From an uncultured Gammaproteobacteria bacterium (GTDB lineage Bacteria; Patescibacteriota; Patescibacteriia; UBA9934): 64,000 nucleotides of DNA. Of this stretch, positions 29,341 to 40,300 are shown one piece after another (the stretch's first letter is position 1; every line of letters starts with the position of its first letter). The stretch is taken from NCBI GenBank assembly GCA_964355955.1, contig CAYHFQ010000002.1, forward strand, positions 2,338-66,337, given 5' to 3'. The notes beneath the pieces were generated by a model. That model was given only the letters and a program-made list of their open reading frames with translations. It searched no databases and was not told the DNA's origin. The position numbers and the translations under genes were made by a program.

Positions 29341-29386
29341 TAGACTTTGTTAATCTACTCTCTACTTTCTACCCTCTACAATCCGC

Positions 29387-29893
29387 TTACTTCTTATAAT
29401 TCTCCATCGCTGCCACGATAATTGCTTTAGCTGCAGCTGCGTCCTGCCAGTCCTCAATCTTCGTCATCTTCTTTTCTAAGATTTTGTAGCTCTCGAAGAA
29501 GAACGAAATTTCATCCTTCAAGTGCTGAGTCACGTCGGCCAAGTCGTTGATGTGCTTAAAACGCACGTCGTCCTTCGCAACCGCCAAAATCTTTTCGTCC
29601 TGGCCCTTGTCGTCGCTCATCACGAGCACGCCAATTGGACGCACATCAACCGCCACGCCTGGGAAAAGTGGGTTGCTAACCATGACCAAAACGTCCAATG
29701 GATCGCCATCGCCGCCCAAAGTCTCCGGGAAGAAACCGTAGTCACAGGGGTAAAACATTGGTGAGAACAGCACGCGGTCGAGCTTGATGATGCCCTGTTC
29801 GTGGTCAAATTCGTACTTGTTCTGGCTGCCGCGTGGCACTTCAATCACGGCTTGGCAAACGTCTGGGGCCTTGCTTCCAATGCTCAAATTCAT
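29387..29893 (-). CDS. ppa: Inorganic pyrophosphatase (family I)
   Basis: NKYE, DRVL, YGF.P.T...DGDPLD, DEKI. Confidence 0.95.
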   Translation of the reverse strand: MNLSIGSKAPDVCQAVIEVPRGSQNKYEFDHEQGIIKLDRVLFSPMFYPCDYGFFPETLGGDGDPLDVLVMVSNPLFPGVAVDVRPIGVLVMSDDKGQDEKILAVAKDDVRFKHINDLADVTQHLKDEISFFFESYKILEKKMTKIEDWQDAAAAKAIIVAAMENYKK

Positions 29894-29981
29894 AGGTCTG
29901 TAGTTAAAGTCGATGCCCGCATAATAGTGCCCATTTTGCCCTCTGTCAAAGGCTTTTCCGCCTGTGGTATAATAAAGCCCT

Positions 29982-31349
29982 ATGAAACGACTTCTTGCTA
30001 CCCTGGCCCTGGCCACGCTCGTGCTCACACCACTCAGCTCGGTGTTAGCTTTTGATCCTAACTATATTATCTCCGACGACGAACTAACCAACCCTTTCGC
30101 TCTTGATCGCAATCAAATTCAAGCCTACCTCGACCGCGGCTACCTCGGCACCTATCGCACCGAAGATAATACTGGCGTCGTCCGTTACGCCGCGGACATT
30201 ATTTTACGCGCCGCGCAAAGTGCTGGCGTCAGTCCAAAATTCCTCCTCGTCCTCCTCCAAAAAGAACAGAGCCTTGTGGAGGACGACGCCCCGACCGATA
30301 ATCAGCTCGACTGGGCCACTGGTTACGCCGTTTGCGACGACTGCTCTAAAGATGACGGCACCATTCAGCGTTGGCGCGGTTTCGGCAAGCAAGTAAATTC
30401 CGCCGCCTTGCAATTCAGCGAAGGCTACATGGCCGACATTGCTGCCGCTGGTAGCACGCAGGGCAAATACGGTCCGGACCTGAAAGTGACCATTGACAGT
30501 ACCACCGTCACTCCGGTCAATGCTGCCACCGCTGCCCTCTACGCTTACACACCGCACATTCACGGCAACGCCAACTTCGCCTCTATTTGGGACCGCTGGT
30601 TCGGCGCCAACTATCCTAGCGGGTCACTTTTGCAGGTCGCAGGTCAAGCTGGCGTCTACTTAATTCAGGACGGCTACAAGCGTCACATCACTAGCTACAG
30701 CGCCCTCACTTCCCGCTTCAATTCAGACCTGATAGTCCAAGTCAGCCAAACAATCTTGAATAATTATCCAGACGGATCGCCTATCAGTTTCCCTAACTAT
30801 TCGTTATTAGCAGATGAAGAAAGCAACGTTTACTTATTGGTCGACGATAGTCTCCGCAAAATAGACAGCGACGCTACTTTCAAGTCAATCGGTTTTTCGA
30901 GCGACGAAATAGTGGAAATCACCAACGCCGAGCGTGACGCCTACACCATGGGTAGCGACATCACCAGCGCTACCATCAGCCCAGCCGGCATGCTTTACCA
31001 GTTAAAGTCGAACAAGGCTGTTTACTATGTTCGCGACGGCATCCGTCAGGTCATAGTCGACCCAGCTATCCTCGCCGCTCGCTTCCCTAACGAGCAGCCA
31101 ACACCGGCCGACTCGGTCGTCATCGAGCAATACAAAGAAGGTAAGGCTTTACTCTTGCCCGACGGCAACTTAGTTAAAGGCGTGCTCGATCCAACAGTTT
31201 ACGTCATCACGGGTGGCATGCGTCGCGCCATTGACTCCGAAGAAACTTTCTACAGTTTTGGCTGGTCTTGGAATCACGTCCTCACAATCAACGACGAAGC
31301 CCTCGCCTTGCACCCACTTGGCGCAGCGCTAACTTCAGCTTCAGAATAA
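29982..31349 (+). CDS. Secreted protein: putative cell-wall-hydrolase-like N-terminal domain plus C-terminal repeats
   Basis: Signal peptide; LLVLLQKEQSL...NAATAALYAYTPH; about four G.L.....VY....G..R.I repeats; function inferred. Confidence 0.6.
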   Translation: MKRLLATLALATLVLTPLSSVLAFDPNYIISDDELTNPFALDRNQIQAYLDRGYLGTYRTEDNTGVVRYAADIILRAAQSAGVSPKFLLVLLQKEQSLVEDDAPTDNQLDWATGYAVCDDCSKDDGTIQRWRGFGKQVNSAALQFSEGYMADIAAAGSTQGKYGPDLKVTIDSTTVTPVNAATAALYAYTPHIHGNANFASIWDRWFGANYPSGSLLQVAGQAGVYLIQDGYKRHITSYSALTSRFNSDLIVQVSQTILNNYPDGSPISFPNYSLLADEESNVYLLVDDSLRKIDSDATFKSIGFSSDEIVEITNAERDAYTMGSDITSATISPAGMLYQLKSNKAVYYVRDGIRQVIVDPAILAARFPNEQPTPADSVVIEQYKEGKALLLPDGNLVKGVLDPTVYVITGGMRRAIDSEETFYSFGWSWNHVLTINDEALALHPLGAALTSASE

Positions 31350-31350
31350 T

Positions 31351-32142
31351 ATGATCGTCTTCGCCGCGCACGTTCCCAACTCGCCCCTCCTATTGCCCTC
31401 AATTAGCGGCGACCGGATTGGAGCAGTTAAAAAAACCTGCGCTGCCATGGATCAGCTAGCCGACGAGCTCTACGCCGCCAAACCAGACACCATCGTCATC
31501 ATCAGCGACCACCCGACGCGTTATAGCGAAGCCTTTTCTATCTCTGTTAGCGACCCTTACACCGCGGACTTAGCTAACGTGGGCGATTTGAGTTACAAGC
31601 AAACCTATCACCCAGACTTCAGTTTAATCGACGCCTTGCAAAGGGCTCTCCGCAAGTTCGACGAAGCCGTAACTTTAACCACAGATCCTCATCTTAATTT
31701 CGCCGCCGCCATTCCGCTGGATTTACTCACCGAACATTTGCCGAATATTCACATCGTGCCAATCAGTCCTTGCGACCTGGACCCCAAGGCCCACTTTACC
31801 TTCGGCCAATCACTTAAGCACACCCTGACCGAAAGCAAGAAACGTATTGCTGTTATCTCAGCTGGCGACTTGGCCCACACCCTCACGGATTTCGCTCCAG
31901 GCGGTTTACATACCAGCGGCTCTGATTACGACGACACCATGCTGACGCTACTCGAACAACACAACGTCGTTGGCATCTTGCAAATCGAAGAGAAATTGCG
32001 TCATGAAGCCCAGGAAGCAGCCTATTTCAAACTTATGATATTACTCGGCATTCTCGACGGAATGCCAGTTACCACTAATTTAATGAACTACGAGTACCCT
32101 TACGGCGTCGGCCTAGCTGTGGTAAATTTTATATTGGAGTAA
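31351..32142 (+). CDS. MEMO1/LigB-like dioxygenase-fold protein
   Basis: AAHVPNSPLL, PDTIVIISDH, SAGDLAH, YEYPYGVG. Confidence 0.8.
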   Translation: MIVFAAHVPNSPLLLPSISGDRIGAVKKTCAAMDQLADELYAAKPDTIVIISDHPTRYSEAFSISVSDPYTADLANVGDLSYKQTYHPDFSLIDALQRALRKFDEAVTLTTDPHLNFAAAIPLDLLTEHLPNIHIVPISPCDLDPKAHFTFGQSLKHTLTESKKRIAVISAGDLAHTLTDFAPGGLHTSGSDYDDTMLTLLEQHNVVGILQIEEKLRHEAQEAAYFKLMILLGILDGMPVTTNLMNYEYPYGVGLAVVNFILE

Positions 32143-32154
32143 TAACCTTCCACC

Positions 32155-33963
32155 ATGTACCTCCGAGTTTACCCAATCTTAAGACTGCCGCGGAGGTTCG
32201 GCGTCTTTGACTATCAGCTACCGGAGGGACTCAACGTCTCGTCCGGCGATTTAGTGCATGTCCCGTTTCATAATCGCGTCATCCTAGCTGTCGCCGTAGC
32301 CCTAACCGAAGTGACCGAGGTCAGGAGCAAACTCGCCGAGGTGATCGACGTCGCCTTTCCGCAAGCCCTAGCCGAACGCGATACTCACCGCTTAGTGAAT
32401 CTGGCCCAAACAATTGCCCAGTCACCTTCCACTATTTTTTTATCTACCTTCGGCCAGTTAAAATCAGAACATTCCGCCCCACGTCTAGTGTCGCAAAATA
32501 ACACTCAACTCTCACTACCAAAAGACCTAGTGGAGCAGTTACAGAACATCGTAAAGCTAATTTCGTTAAAACAAATCAATCAAGGTAGCGATGGTATAAC
32601 TTGCCAACTAGGCACCGAGGCTTCTTTTGCCCTCGCCCGCCTCCTCCGCCAACGGACTAATGGACAAATGCTCATCATCATGCCCCGCGAACGCGACGTC
32701 GAACTCCTTGGCAAGCTCATCGACCTCGGCAAAAGCACCGCCATGCTCCACGGTCACACCAAACCCTACGAGCGCGAAAAAATCATTCACGCCTGGCGTT
32801 CTGGCCGCCTACAAACCTTGATCGGTACCCTCCAAGCTACTCTCATTCCAGCCCACAAAATCGACACCGTCCTCCTCATGAGCACCGGCACGGACGACCA
32901 TTTTTCCGATCGCCGTAATCCACGGCTCGATAACCGCCTTTGTGCCCAAGCTCAGGCCGTCCAGCATAACGCCCTCTTTGTCACTACTGACTTTTTGCCA
33001 CGACCTGAAGAATTGGCCACCTTCGAACTCTCCTCATTCTCACCAGCCGCCGAGCCGATCATGGTCGATTTGCGTAAACCAGACGAACAAACCGACACTC
33101 AGCTACTCTCCGAAACCCTCCTCGCTGAGGTAAATAAGGCTTTACAAAGCCAAAAAAAGGTGCTACTTTTCTACAACCGCAAAGGCGTCGCCAAACGCGT
33201 CGTCTGCTCCAGTTGTTGCGCCATGGTCATTTGCCCCACTTGCGGCAACGTCCCGTCCATCCGGCCGCCAACTGCCCATTGCTTACGCTGCGGTCACGTC
33301 TGGCCAATTCCGGAGAAATGCGGCGCTTGTACCACCGGTCACCTCGGCCTCAAAGGTATCGGCAACGCCCACCTGGAAAAAGCATTAGTCGCCCTCTTCC
33401 CTACCTACTCTGTCGGTCGCGTCGAGAAGAATCACACCGAGGGCCGCAACGCCCAAATCCAGCTAGTCACCGAATATTTCTTTTCGAGTTTAGTCGAACC
33501 ATTCGGCCGCAAAGAATACGGTTTGGTCGCCGACTTGGCTGCGGACCTATCACTCAACCCCGAGAACTTCCGAGCCGAAGAAGAAACGGCTCGCAAGCTG
33601 CACCGCCTAGCCAGCTTCGGCAAGCAGCAAAATGCCACGGTCCTCATCCAAACTTGGTTGCCGGACTTAATCGAAGAAATGCGTAACGCCGAAACCTGGC
33701 TGAACAACGAGACAACTACTAGGCAAAGCTACGGTCTGCCACCATTTGCCGCGGAGCTTACCGTGCGTCACGTCGACTCAGCTGCGCTCATCGCTATCAC
33801 CAATCAAACCTTTATCGACGTTCCGGAAAAGCTTGAAGCGATCGGCCGAATTCCGTACAATAAACTCGACGAAGTTATCAATACTCTAGCAACTTTGCCA
33901 GACACCGCCGTCATTTCTATTGATCAAACCTATGCCAGCTCTAACCGTCCTCTGCAATCCTAA
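32155..33963 (+). CDS. priA: Primosomal protein N' (PriA) with degenerate helicase motifs
   Basis: FDY...GDLVHVPF N-terminus, LLFYNRKG, four CxxC pairs, VLIQT, LPPF; next to def-fmt. Confidence 0.85.
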   Translation: MYLRVYPILRLPRRFGVFDYQLPEGLNVSSGDLVHVPFHNRVILAVAVALTEVTEVRSKLAEVIDVAFPQALAERDTHRLVNLAQTIAQSPSTIFLSTFGQLKSEHSAPRLVSQNNTQLSLPKDLVEQLQNIVKLISLKQINQGSDGITCQLGTEASFALARLLRQRTNGQMLIIMPRERDVELLGKLIDLGKSTAMLHGHTKPYEREKIIHAWRSGRLQTLIGTLQATLIPAHKIDTVLLMSTGTDDHFSDRRNPRLDNRLCAQAQAVQHNALFVTTDFLPRPEELATFELSSFSPAAEPIMVDLRKPDEQTDTQLLSETLLAEVNKALQSQKKVLLFYNRKGVAKRVVCSSCCAMVICPTCGNVPSIRPPTAHCLRCGHVWPIPEKCGACTTGHLGLKGIGNAHLEKALVALFPTYSVGRVEKNHTEGRNAQIQLVTEYFFSSLVEPFGRKEYGLVADLAADLSLNPENFRAEEETARKLHRLASFGKQQNATVLIQTWLPDLIEEMRNAETWLNNETTTRQSYGLPPFAAELTVRHVDSAALIAITNQTFIDVPEKLEAIGRIPYNKLDEVINTLATLPDTAVISIDQTYASSNRPLQS

Positions 33964-34411
33964 TCCTGAACTCCGCGTTCTCTCTGTCGCCTTAAGCACC
34001 GAAGAGATCTTGTTGCCACACACGCAAAAACTTATTGACGACATGATTGTCACCATGCAAGTGGAAGACGGCGTTGGTCTGGCTGCCCCGCAAGTTGGTG
34101 CTCATCTCCGCCTGATAGTCGCCGAGACTCCACGCGGTAACATGGCTTTCATTAATCCCGTCATCACTTCCCGCTCGGTTCGCCTCATCAACTCCACCGA
34201 AGGTTGTCTCTCCGTGCCTGGTATGTCTGGCGTTGTTAAGCGTCACTCCAGCGTCAAAGTAACCGCTCAAGACCGTACCGGTAAAACCATCGAGCTCAAA
34301 GCCAACGGCCTCCTCTCCATCATCTTCCAACACGAAATCGATCACTTGGACGGCGTTCTCTTCATTGACCGCGCCGAAAAAGTTGTTACCGACGCCAAAT
34401 CCCGCCTGTAA
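33932..34411 (+). CDS. def: Peptide deformylase
   Basis: GVGLAAPQVG, EGCLS, QHEIDHLDG. Confidence 0.97.
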   Translation: MPALTVLCNPNPELRVLSVALSTEEILLPHTQKLIDDMIVTMQVEDGVGLAAPQVGAHLRLIVAETPRGNMAFINPVITSRSVRLINSTEGCLSVPGMSGVVKRHSSVKVTAQDRTGKTIELKANGLLSIIFQHEIDHLDGVLFIDRAEKVVTDAKSRL

Positions 34412-34460
34412 TTTTGAAAACTTATCAGGCTTTCCCCTAACAGGTTTTCCCCCTAATAGA

Positions 34461-34500
34461 TATTCATCGGATGTAGACTCAGTCTACATCGGATGTATAT
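34461..34500. repeat. REP-like palindromic repeat between def and fmt
   Basis: TATTCATCGGATGTAGAC-TCA-GTCTACATCGGATGTATAT; same hexamer-N7-hexamer units as 25544-25579. Confidence 0.65.
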
Positions 34501-34508
34501 CGTATCCT

Positions 34509-35435
34509 ATGAAAATCGTTTTCTTCGGCACCCCCCAATTTTCCGCTGATTTTTTACTCGGCCTCATCAACGAGCCTTCTTTCGAAGTCATCGCCGTCGT
34601 CTGCCAACCCGACGAACCGCAAGGCCGCAAGAAAATCATGACTGCGCCACCAACCAAATCATTAGCCGAGTCTCGTAACATCCCCGTCTTCCAACCAACC
34701 AAACTCAAGGACGACACGTTCGTCGAGTCTCTTCGATCACTTAACGCCGACGCTTTCGTAGTGGTTGCTTACGGCCGCATAATCCCCCAAATCGTCCTCG
34801 ACTTACCCAAGCTCGGTACTATCAACGTTCACCCATCGCTCTTGCCCAAGTACCGCGGCCCTTCGCCCATGCAATCCGCCATCGCTGCTGGTGAAACAGA
34901 AACTGGCATCTCCATCATGCTCCTCGACGCACTCATGGACCACGGACCAATCTTGGCGCAAACGAAGTTATCGATAACCTCGGATACCACTAGCGAATCG
35001 TTGATGGCCGAAGTTGTTGCTACTGGCGTGCCATTGCTTATCGAAACTCTAAAAAAGTTTGAACTCGGTGAAATCACGCCAATCGAGCAAGATCATTCAG
35101 CCGCTACCATCTGTTCATTACTCTCACGAGCCGACGGTATCATTGACTGGACGCAACCAGCGGCCCTCATCGACGCCAAAATCCGCGGCCTCAATCCTTG
35201 GCCAGGTACATCGAGCGCTAATCTCAAAATCTTTTCAGCCTGTATACGCTCAACGTATACGCTCAACTTAGACCTATCACCAGGTCAAATCCTCATCGAC
35301 GGCGACCACCTCCTCATCGGCACCGGCACCACCGCCCTCGCCATCCTGGAACTCCAGCCCGCCGCCGGCAAGCGTATGTCTGCCGCCGCTTTCATTGCTG
35401 GGCATCACGAACTTAACGGAACGAGTTTATTATAA
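34509..35435 (+). CDS. fmt: Methionyl-tRNA formyltransferase
   Basis: MKIVFFGTP, VVAYG, NVHPSLLPKYRGPSP, MDHGPI. Confidence 0.96.
   Translation: MKIVFFGTPQFSADFLLGLINEPSFEVIAVVCQPDEPQGRKKIMTAPPTKSLAESRNIPVFQPTKLKDDTFVESLRSLNADAFVVVAYGRIIPQIVLDLPKLGTINVHPSLLPKYRGPSPMQSAIAAGETETGISIMLLDALMDHGPILAQTKLSITSDTTSESLMAEVVATGVPLLIETLKKFELGEITPIEQDHSAATICSLLSRADGIIDWTQPAALIDAKIRGLNPWPGTSSANLKIFSACIRSTYTLNLDLSPGQILIDGDHLLIGTGTTALAILELQPAAGKRMSAAAFIAGHHELNGTSLL
35242..35273. repeat. 13-bp tandem repeat in-frame in fmt
   Basis: GTATAC-GCTCAAC-GTATAC-GCTCAAC-TTAGAC. Confidence 0.65.
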
Positions 35436-35486
35436 ACTTTTTAGACGAACTATAGTCCCCGAGCCTTGGCCTGCACGAGCGACAAT

Positions 35487-35538
35487 AAAAAATCACCTCA
35501 CCGGACGCTTTCTCGCGTCACGGGAGGTGATTTTTTTT
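35487..35538. terminator. Bidirectional terminator between fmt and the ABC transporter gene
   Basis: AAAAAATCACCTC...GAGGTGATTTTTTT. Confidence 0.8.
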
Positions 35539-35540
35539 CA

Positions 35541-37298
35541 TTACGGTAAGAACCCACCAGCTTGAATACTCCACAACTTCTTGTACGTCCCCTCATGCTG
35601 GATCAACTCTTCGTGCGTGCCAGCGTCGACTACAGCCCCCTTTTCGATGACCACAATGCGGTCCATCTGCATAATCGTACTCAAGCGATGCGCGATGACA
35701 ATCACCGTCTTACTCTTCATCAACTCATGCAAAGCGTCCTGAATAAGTGATTCGCTCTCGGAGTCAAGACTACTCGTCGCCTCGTCGAGTACCAGGATTG
35801 GCGCGTTCTTGAGAATTGCTCGAGCAATCGCCACGCGTTGCCTCTCACCACCAGACAGTTTAACGCCACGCTCACCAACCTTCGTGTCATAACCATGCGC
35901 CAGCTCCGAGATAAACTCATGACAATGGGCCTTCTTGCTGGCCGCAATCACTTCTTTGTCACTCGCATCACGCCGACCATAACGAATATTCTCCATCACC
36001 GTTCGATGAAAGAGCAACGAATCTTGCGGCACGAGCGATACCAGCGACCGCAAACTCTCCTGCGTCACTTTGCTAATATCCTGTCCGTCGATAGTAATCG
36101 CCCCCTTCGTCACGTCAAAGAACCGCATGAGCAGTTTGATCACCGTACTCTTCCCCGCCCCGCTCGGCCCAATGAACGCCACCTTCTCGCGTGGTTTAAT
36201 ATCAATCGTCAGATCGCGCAAAATTGGTTTACTCTCACTGTAACCAAACGTCACATTCTTAAAAGCAATTTCCCCCTTCTTAACCATGAGCTTCTTGGCC
36301 CCCTTTTTGTCGACTAATTCAAAAGGCAATTCCAATACGTCGACCATCTCTTTAGCGTCCGCAAAGCCTTCATAAACATCACGAATAACGCGACCAAAGT
36401 CCCACAAACGATTAAAAAGGCCAATCAAAGCAGCCTGAATAAGCGCGAAGTCACCCAAGGTAATTCGACCAAGAACATACAGGTGGATAGCAATATACAT
36501 CGCCACCGCGTTCAAAACCAACATGAAACCACCCTGCACGGCGTCGTTCACCGCCCCCAGGTTCCAGGTAAACGTCATCATCTTGCGCCACCTGGCGTTC
36601 ACCTCCACAAATCGTGTCTCCTCAAACTTTTTACCTACAAACTGCTGAATCGTCACAGCATTGCCAACAGCATCCGCCAACACGCCGCTCGCCTCAGTAT
36701 CCAACTGTGCCCGAATTAAGTCATACTTAAGCTTCCATTTGGCCACGAAGATATTGGCGATGATAAATAAGACCGCCCAAATACAAAGTATGCCCGCAAA
36801 CAACGGACTACGGAGATAAAAGATTATGATCGTACCAACAATCGCAACAACAATAGAAATCAGCTTCCAAGTGAACTGATCCATCAAGCGTTCGAAAGCG
36901 CGGCCAAAACGATGAATCTTCTTTACCAACGAACCAGCAAAGTTATCGGTAAAAAAACGATAGGAGTGACTGAGTAGATGACTAAAGGCCGTCTGCTCCA
37001 AATCAGCAATAATTTTTGGCTGAATATAATTATTGGTAACGCCGGCTAAGCGATGCAACAACCAAGAAGATGCGTTCACACCAACCATCAAACCCAAAAT
37101 ACCAAGCAAAGTCGCCGCTAACACCTCACCTGTTTGCCCGGTCGCGAATGCATCAAAAAACCTCTTACTCAGCAATGATGGTATTAGTTCTAAAACGTTC
37201 ACCCCCACCAGCACGAGCAACAAAAAACTCATGGACCACGGATACCGCTTAACGTGCTGCCAGTAAACTTTGATTGTTGAGTTGATAGATAATGACAT
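35541..37298 (-). CDS. ABC exporter, fused TMD-NBD (MsbA/MdlB-like)
   Basis: 6 TM; GPSGAGKS, LSGGERQR, LDEATS, IAHRL. Confidence 0.95.
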   Translation of the reverse strand: MSLSINSTIKVYWQHVKRYPWSMSFLLLVLVGVNVLELIPSLLSKRFFDAFATGQTGEVLAATLLGILGLMVGVNASSWLLHRLAGVTNNYIQPKIIADLEQTAFSHLLSHSYRFFTDNFAGSLVKKIHRFGRAFERLMDQFTWKLISIVVAIVGTIIIFYLRSPLFAGILCIWAVLFIIANIFVAKWKLKYDLIRAQLDTEASGVLADAVGNAVTIQQFVGKKFEETRFVEVNARWRKMMTFTWNLGAVNDAVQGGFMLVLNAVAMYIAIHLYVLGRITLGDFALIQAALIGLFNRLWDFGRVIRDVYEGFADAKEMVDVLELPFELVDKKGAKKLMVKKGEIAFKNVTFGYSESKPILRDLTIDIKPREKVAFIGPSGAGKSTVIKLLMRFFDVTKGAITIDGQDISKVTQESLRSLVSLVPQDSLLFHRTVMENIRYGRRDASDKEVIAASKKAHCHEFISELAHGYDTKVGERGVKLSGGERQRVAIARAILKNAPILVLDEATSSLDSESESLIQDALHELMKSKTVIVIAHRLSTIMQMDRIVVIEKGAVVDAGTHEELIQHEGTYKKLWSIQAGGFLP

Positions 37299-37321
37299 GG
37301 CGGGATTATAACACGAGCTAA

Positions 37322-40300
37322 CTATTTCACTCCAGCCGGAGTTACGCCAGACAAGAACCCAAAGTTATTGTTAGTACCGTCTCGATCCTGTACCTGGCCT
37401 AAGACAGACCTCATTCCTGCGGCATCATAAACAACAGCATGATCGTAATAGCCGGTATCAAGGTTAACCAGACCCTTCACATTCATGGACTTAGCGATTA
37501 CGGCCTCTTCATAAAGCGTCATCGGCTGTGAGAAGTCAATAATACCGAATGTGCCGTCTTTGAAAGTAGCTATTGCTCGACGCTTATCCCTAACATTACT
37601 CGAGTTTCCAGCCACTGCCAATTCCCCATCGTCGACCAATAGATGCCCAGACATCATATCGATTTTATTCTTTTTAGCTAAACTGAGTAGCGTTGAAAAA
37701 TCCTCCAAATTCTTACGGAAAGCCAATGGTTCTGCGGTCTCATTGCTATCCAAGTCATGTTTAGTTAGCTTATCACGGTTCACAATTATCATGTGTCCTT
37801 CAGCATCTACAATTACCGCGCCATCACGATTAGAAATTAGATAGTTCACCACACTTCCGTTGTCGATAGCTAATTCTGCCGGCTTCATAGCGCCTGTCGT
37901 GTAAGCACCGACGCTTTCCGCTACCAAGGCACCATCCGGGTAATTATCGCGCATAACCTGCTCAGTCAACCCACCGCCAACTTTGACTGTATAATCAACA
38001 GTCGCTCCCTTGCTTGGGTCGCCAATTACAACCGTAGCCAATTCTTTGCCATCAGTGCGCCAAGTTACCATTCTGAAACCAGCTTTGAGTTTCTTGGAAC
38101 TACGTCTTACCTCCGGCGTTATCGACGCCCATTCATCACGCATGACCCCTGCAGATAGTAATCGATCAAAACCTTTATTTAATACATATCCAAAATTACC
38201 ATCTTTTAAACTGCGGGTAGTCTTGCTAAGACTTCCCTCGGTAATTGGAATATTTGCCCCAGCATCTTGCAACTGAGCAATAATATCGGCCGCCCGCCTA
38301 TCACCAGTATCCGTCTCCAGGCCTTCGGTATTAAAAAATTCTAAGATTTTCTGCACCTGGAAAGACCCTAACATTGTGTACATACCAAGTACATCACTAG
38401 GTATGCCTCTACCATCAGCCTTTAAATAATTTTTGGCAAAAGTGGTTTTCTGGTTAATATTGTCCCAAGTCACCGGTTCACCGTCAATTGCCCTTGTCCC
38501 AACATCAATCAATATTTTGTCTCCCGCCGCCGCGTCAATAGCCGCATTTATTTTTTTACGAATATCTTCAACTTTAGAAATATCATTAACATCTATCCCT
38601 TGCGCTACTCCATGCCAATCAACTTGCTTCATGAATTCTGCCTCCAGAGTATTTGCAGCGTCTTTATTGATATCACGAATCAACGAGATCTTAGCCAGAC
38701 CCTGCGTAAACTCGGTAAAGTTGGCTGCTTTAGGCACGCTCACCTTAACAGTTGAATTAAATTGGCCCCTTCCCTCCTGCTGTCCAATGCCAAAGTTGAT
38801 AAATAATAGCTTGGCGTGTTCCGACTCTAGATTCTCGTCTGTAATGACATCAGCAAAACCGTAGACTTCGGTTGAATGTAAGGTATTGGCATAAGCCTGA
38901 GCCAAGCGAAAACCATTAATATTGGTCATTAACTTCAAGACGGCAGCTACGTCCGCCTCAGTCGAAGCGTTCATTTCTGTAGGAAATCCCTTAAAGTTTA
39001 GCTTACTAAAATAAAGTTCACCAGCATTTGTACCAAACTCCTGAGTTATATAGTTAGCCTGGGCCACTACCTCGTCCATGGTCTCCGGTGAGAGAGTAAA
39101 CTGCACGTTAGAATAATCAGCTCTTTCTGCTAATTTACTCATAAAACTCCGGTATTGGAAATACCCATACAATGGCTTGGTTTCCGCATCATACCGCGCC
39201 GAAAAAACCGGGAAACCGGAAAAATCTAGATGCTTAAGAATTTCACTCCTCGTCCTATCTGACTTAAACTGTCGCAATAACTCATCGATGTTTCTTAAAT
39301 CTTCTAATGACTTCGGCTGTTGCCAATTTCCCTCTAAGTGAACGTCCTCGTAGCCAGTAATTTTCAATCTATGCAAATTGCTCTCGAGAGAGGCAGTCTC
39401 TATAATTAAATTAATGTTATCTGCTTCCTTAAGATTATCTATCGTCCAATTAGTCGGATAACCAACTATCTTAACATTGATTCCGTCATCATACCTATTA
39501 ACTAAACTGGCCAGCAAAACCGTCGCAACGGGACTACTATTGATTTCCGCTAATGAAATTTGACCCTCAGATCTATGTTGCTTATCAACAGCGATAGCAA
39601 TATCACCTTTCACTAAACTAGGGTCATTCACTAAATACGCCATCCGTGCAGAATCATAGCCGGAAGATTGTTCAAGATCTTTGATCTTTTTAATTAGCTG
39701 AAAAAAATTATCATCAGTTACTACGCCGCCATAGAATTGCTCCCGAGCTTGCTTTAATAAAATAGCCTCAAGACCAACCTTCGGCTGAAAGTCTTCACTA
39801 TTTTTAATAGCCTTCAGAAAGTTCTCGTATTCTGGTAATCCTAAAGCGTCAAATTTAGGAAACGACGATGGATCAGCATTCTCAATATAGCGCGGGATTA
39901 AGGTTGCATAATAATCCTTAGAACCAACATCTTTTATTAAGGATTCTAACTGATTACCAATTTCTATAAACTGCTGCGGATTTTTAAAATCTAAGCCAGG
40001 AAATCCTTCAAAAGAGGCCGAGTTTAGCAAATGGGTGCCAATTTCAAAACTAAATTTACGGTCATCATAATGATCCCCTTGGAAATCATAATTCTGCGCT
40101 TTCGTAAGACCAAACTCCCAATACCCAATGTCATTAAGCTGCTTGGCAGCCGCCACAATATCTTTAGTGTATTTTTGATTAATTACGGTTGGGAACTCAT
40201 GCGGATCAAAAGTTAATGAATCAATATATTCATCGACTAAAAAAGAACTGTATCTAGCCCCATAATCATCTCTATCAGATTCTTGAACTGCTTTAAATAA

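Noticed and set aside
29894-30028. N-terminal extensions in the ORF track for ppa (also fmt 34365, lysS 16357, GT4 57207, SUKH 11999)
   Set aside because: They overlap neighbouring genes, promoters or hairpins; homology starts at downstream ATGs
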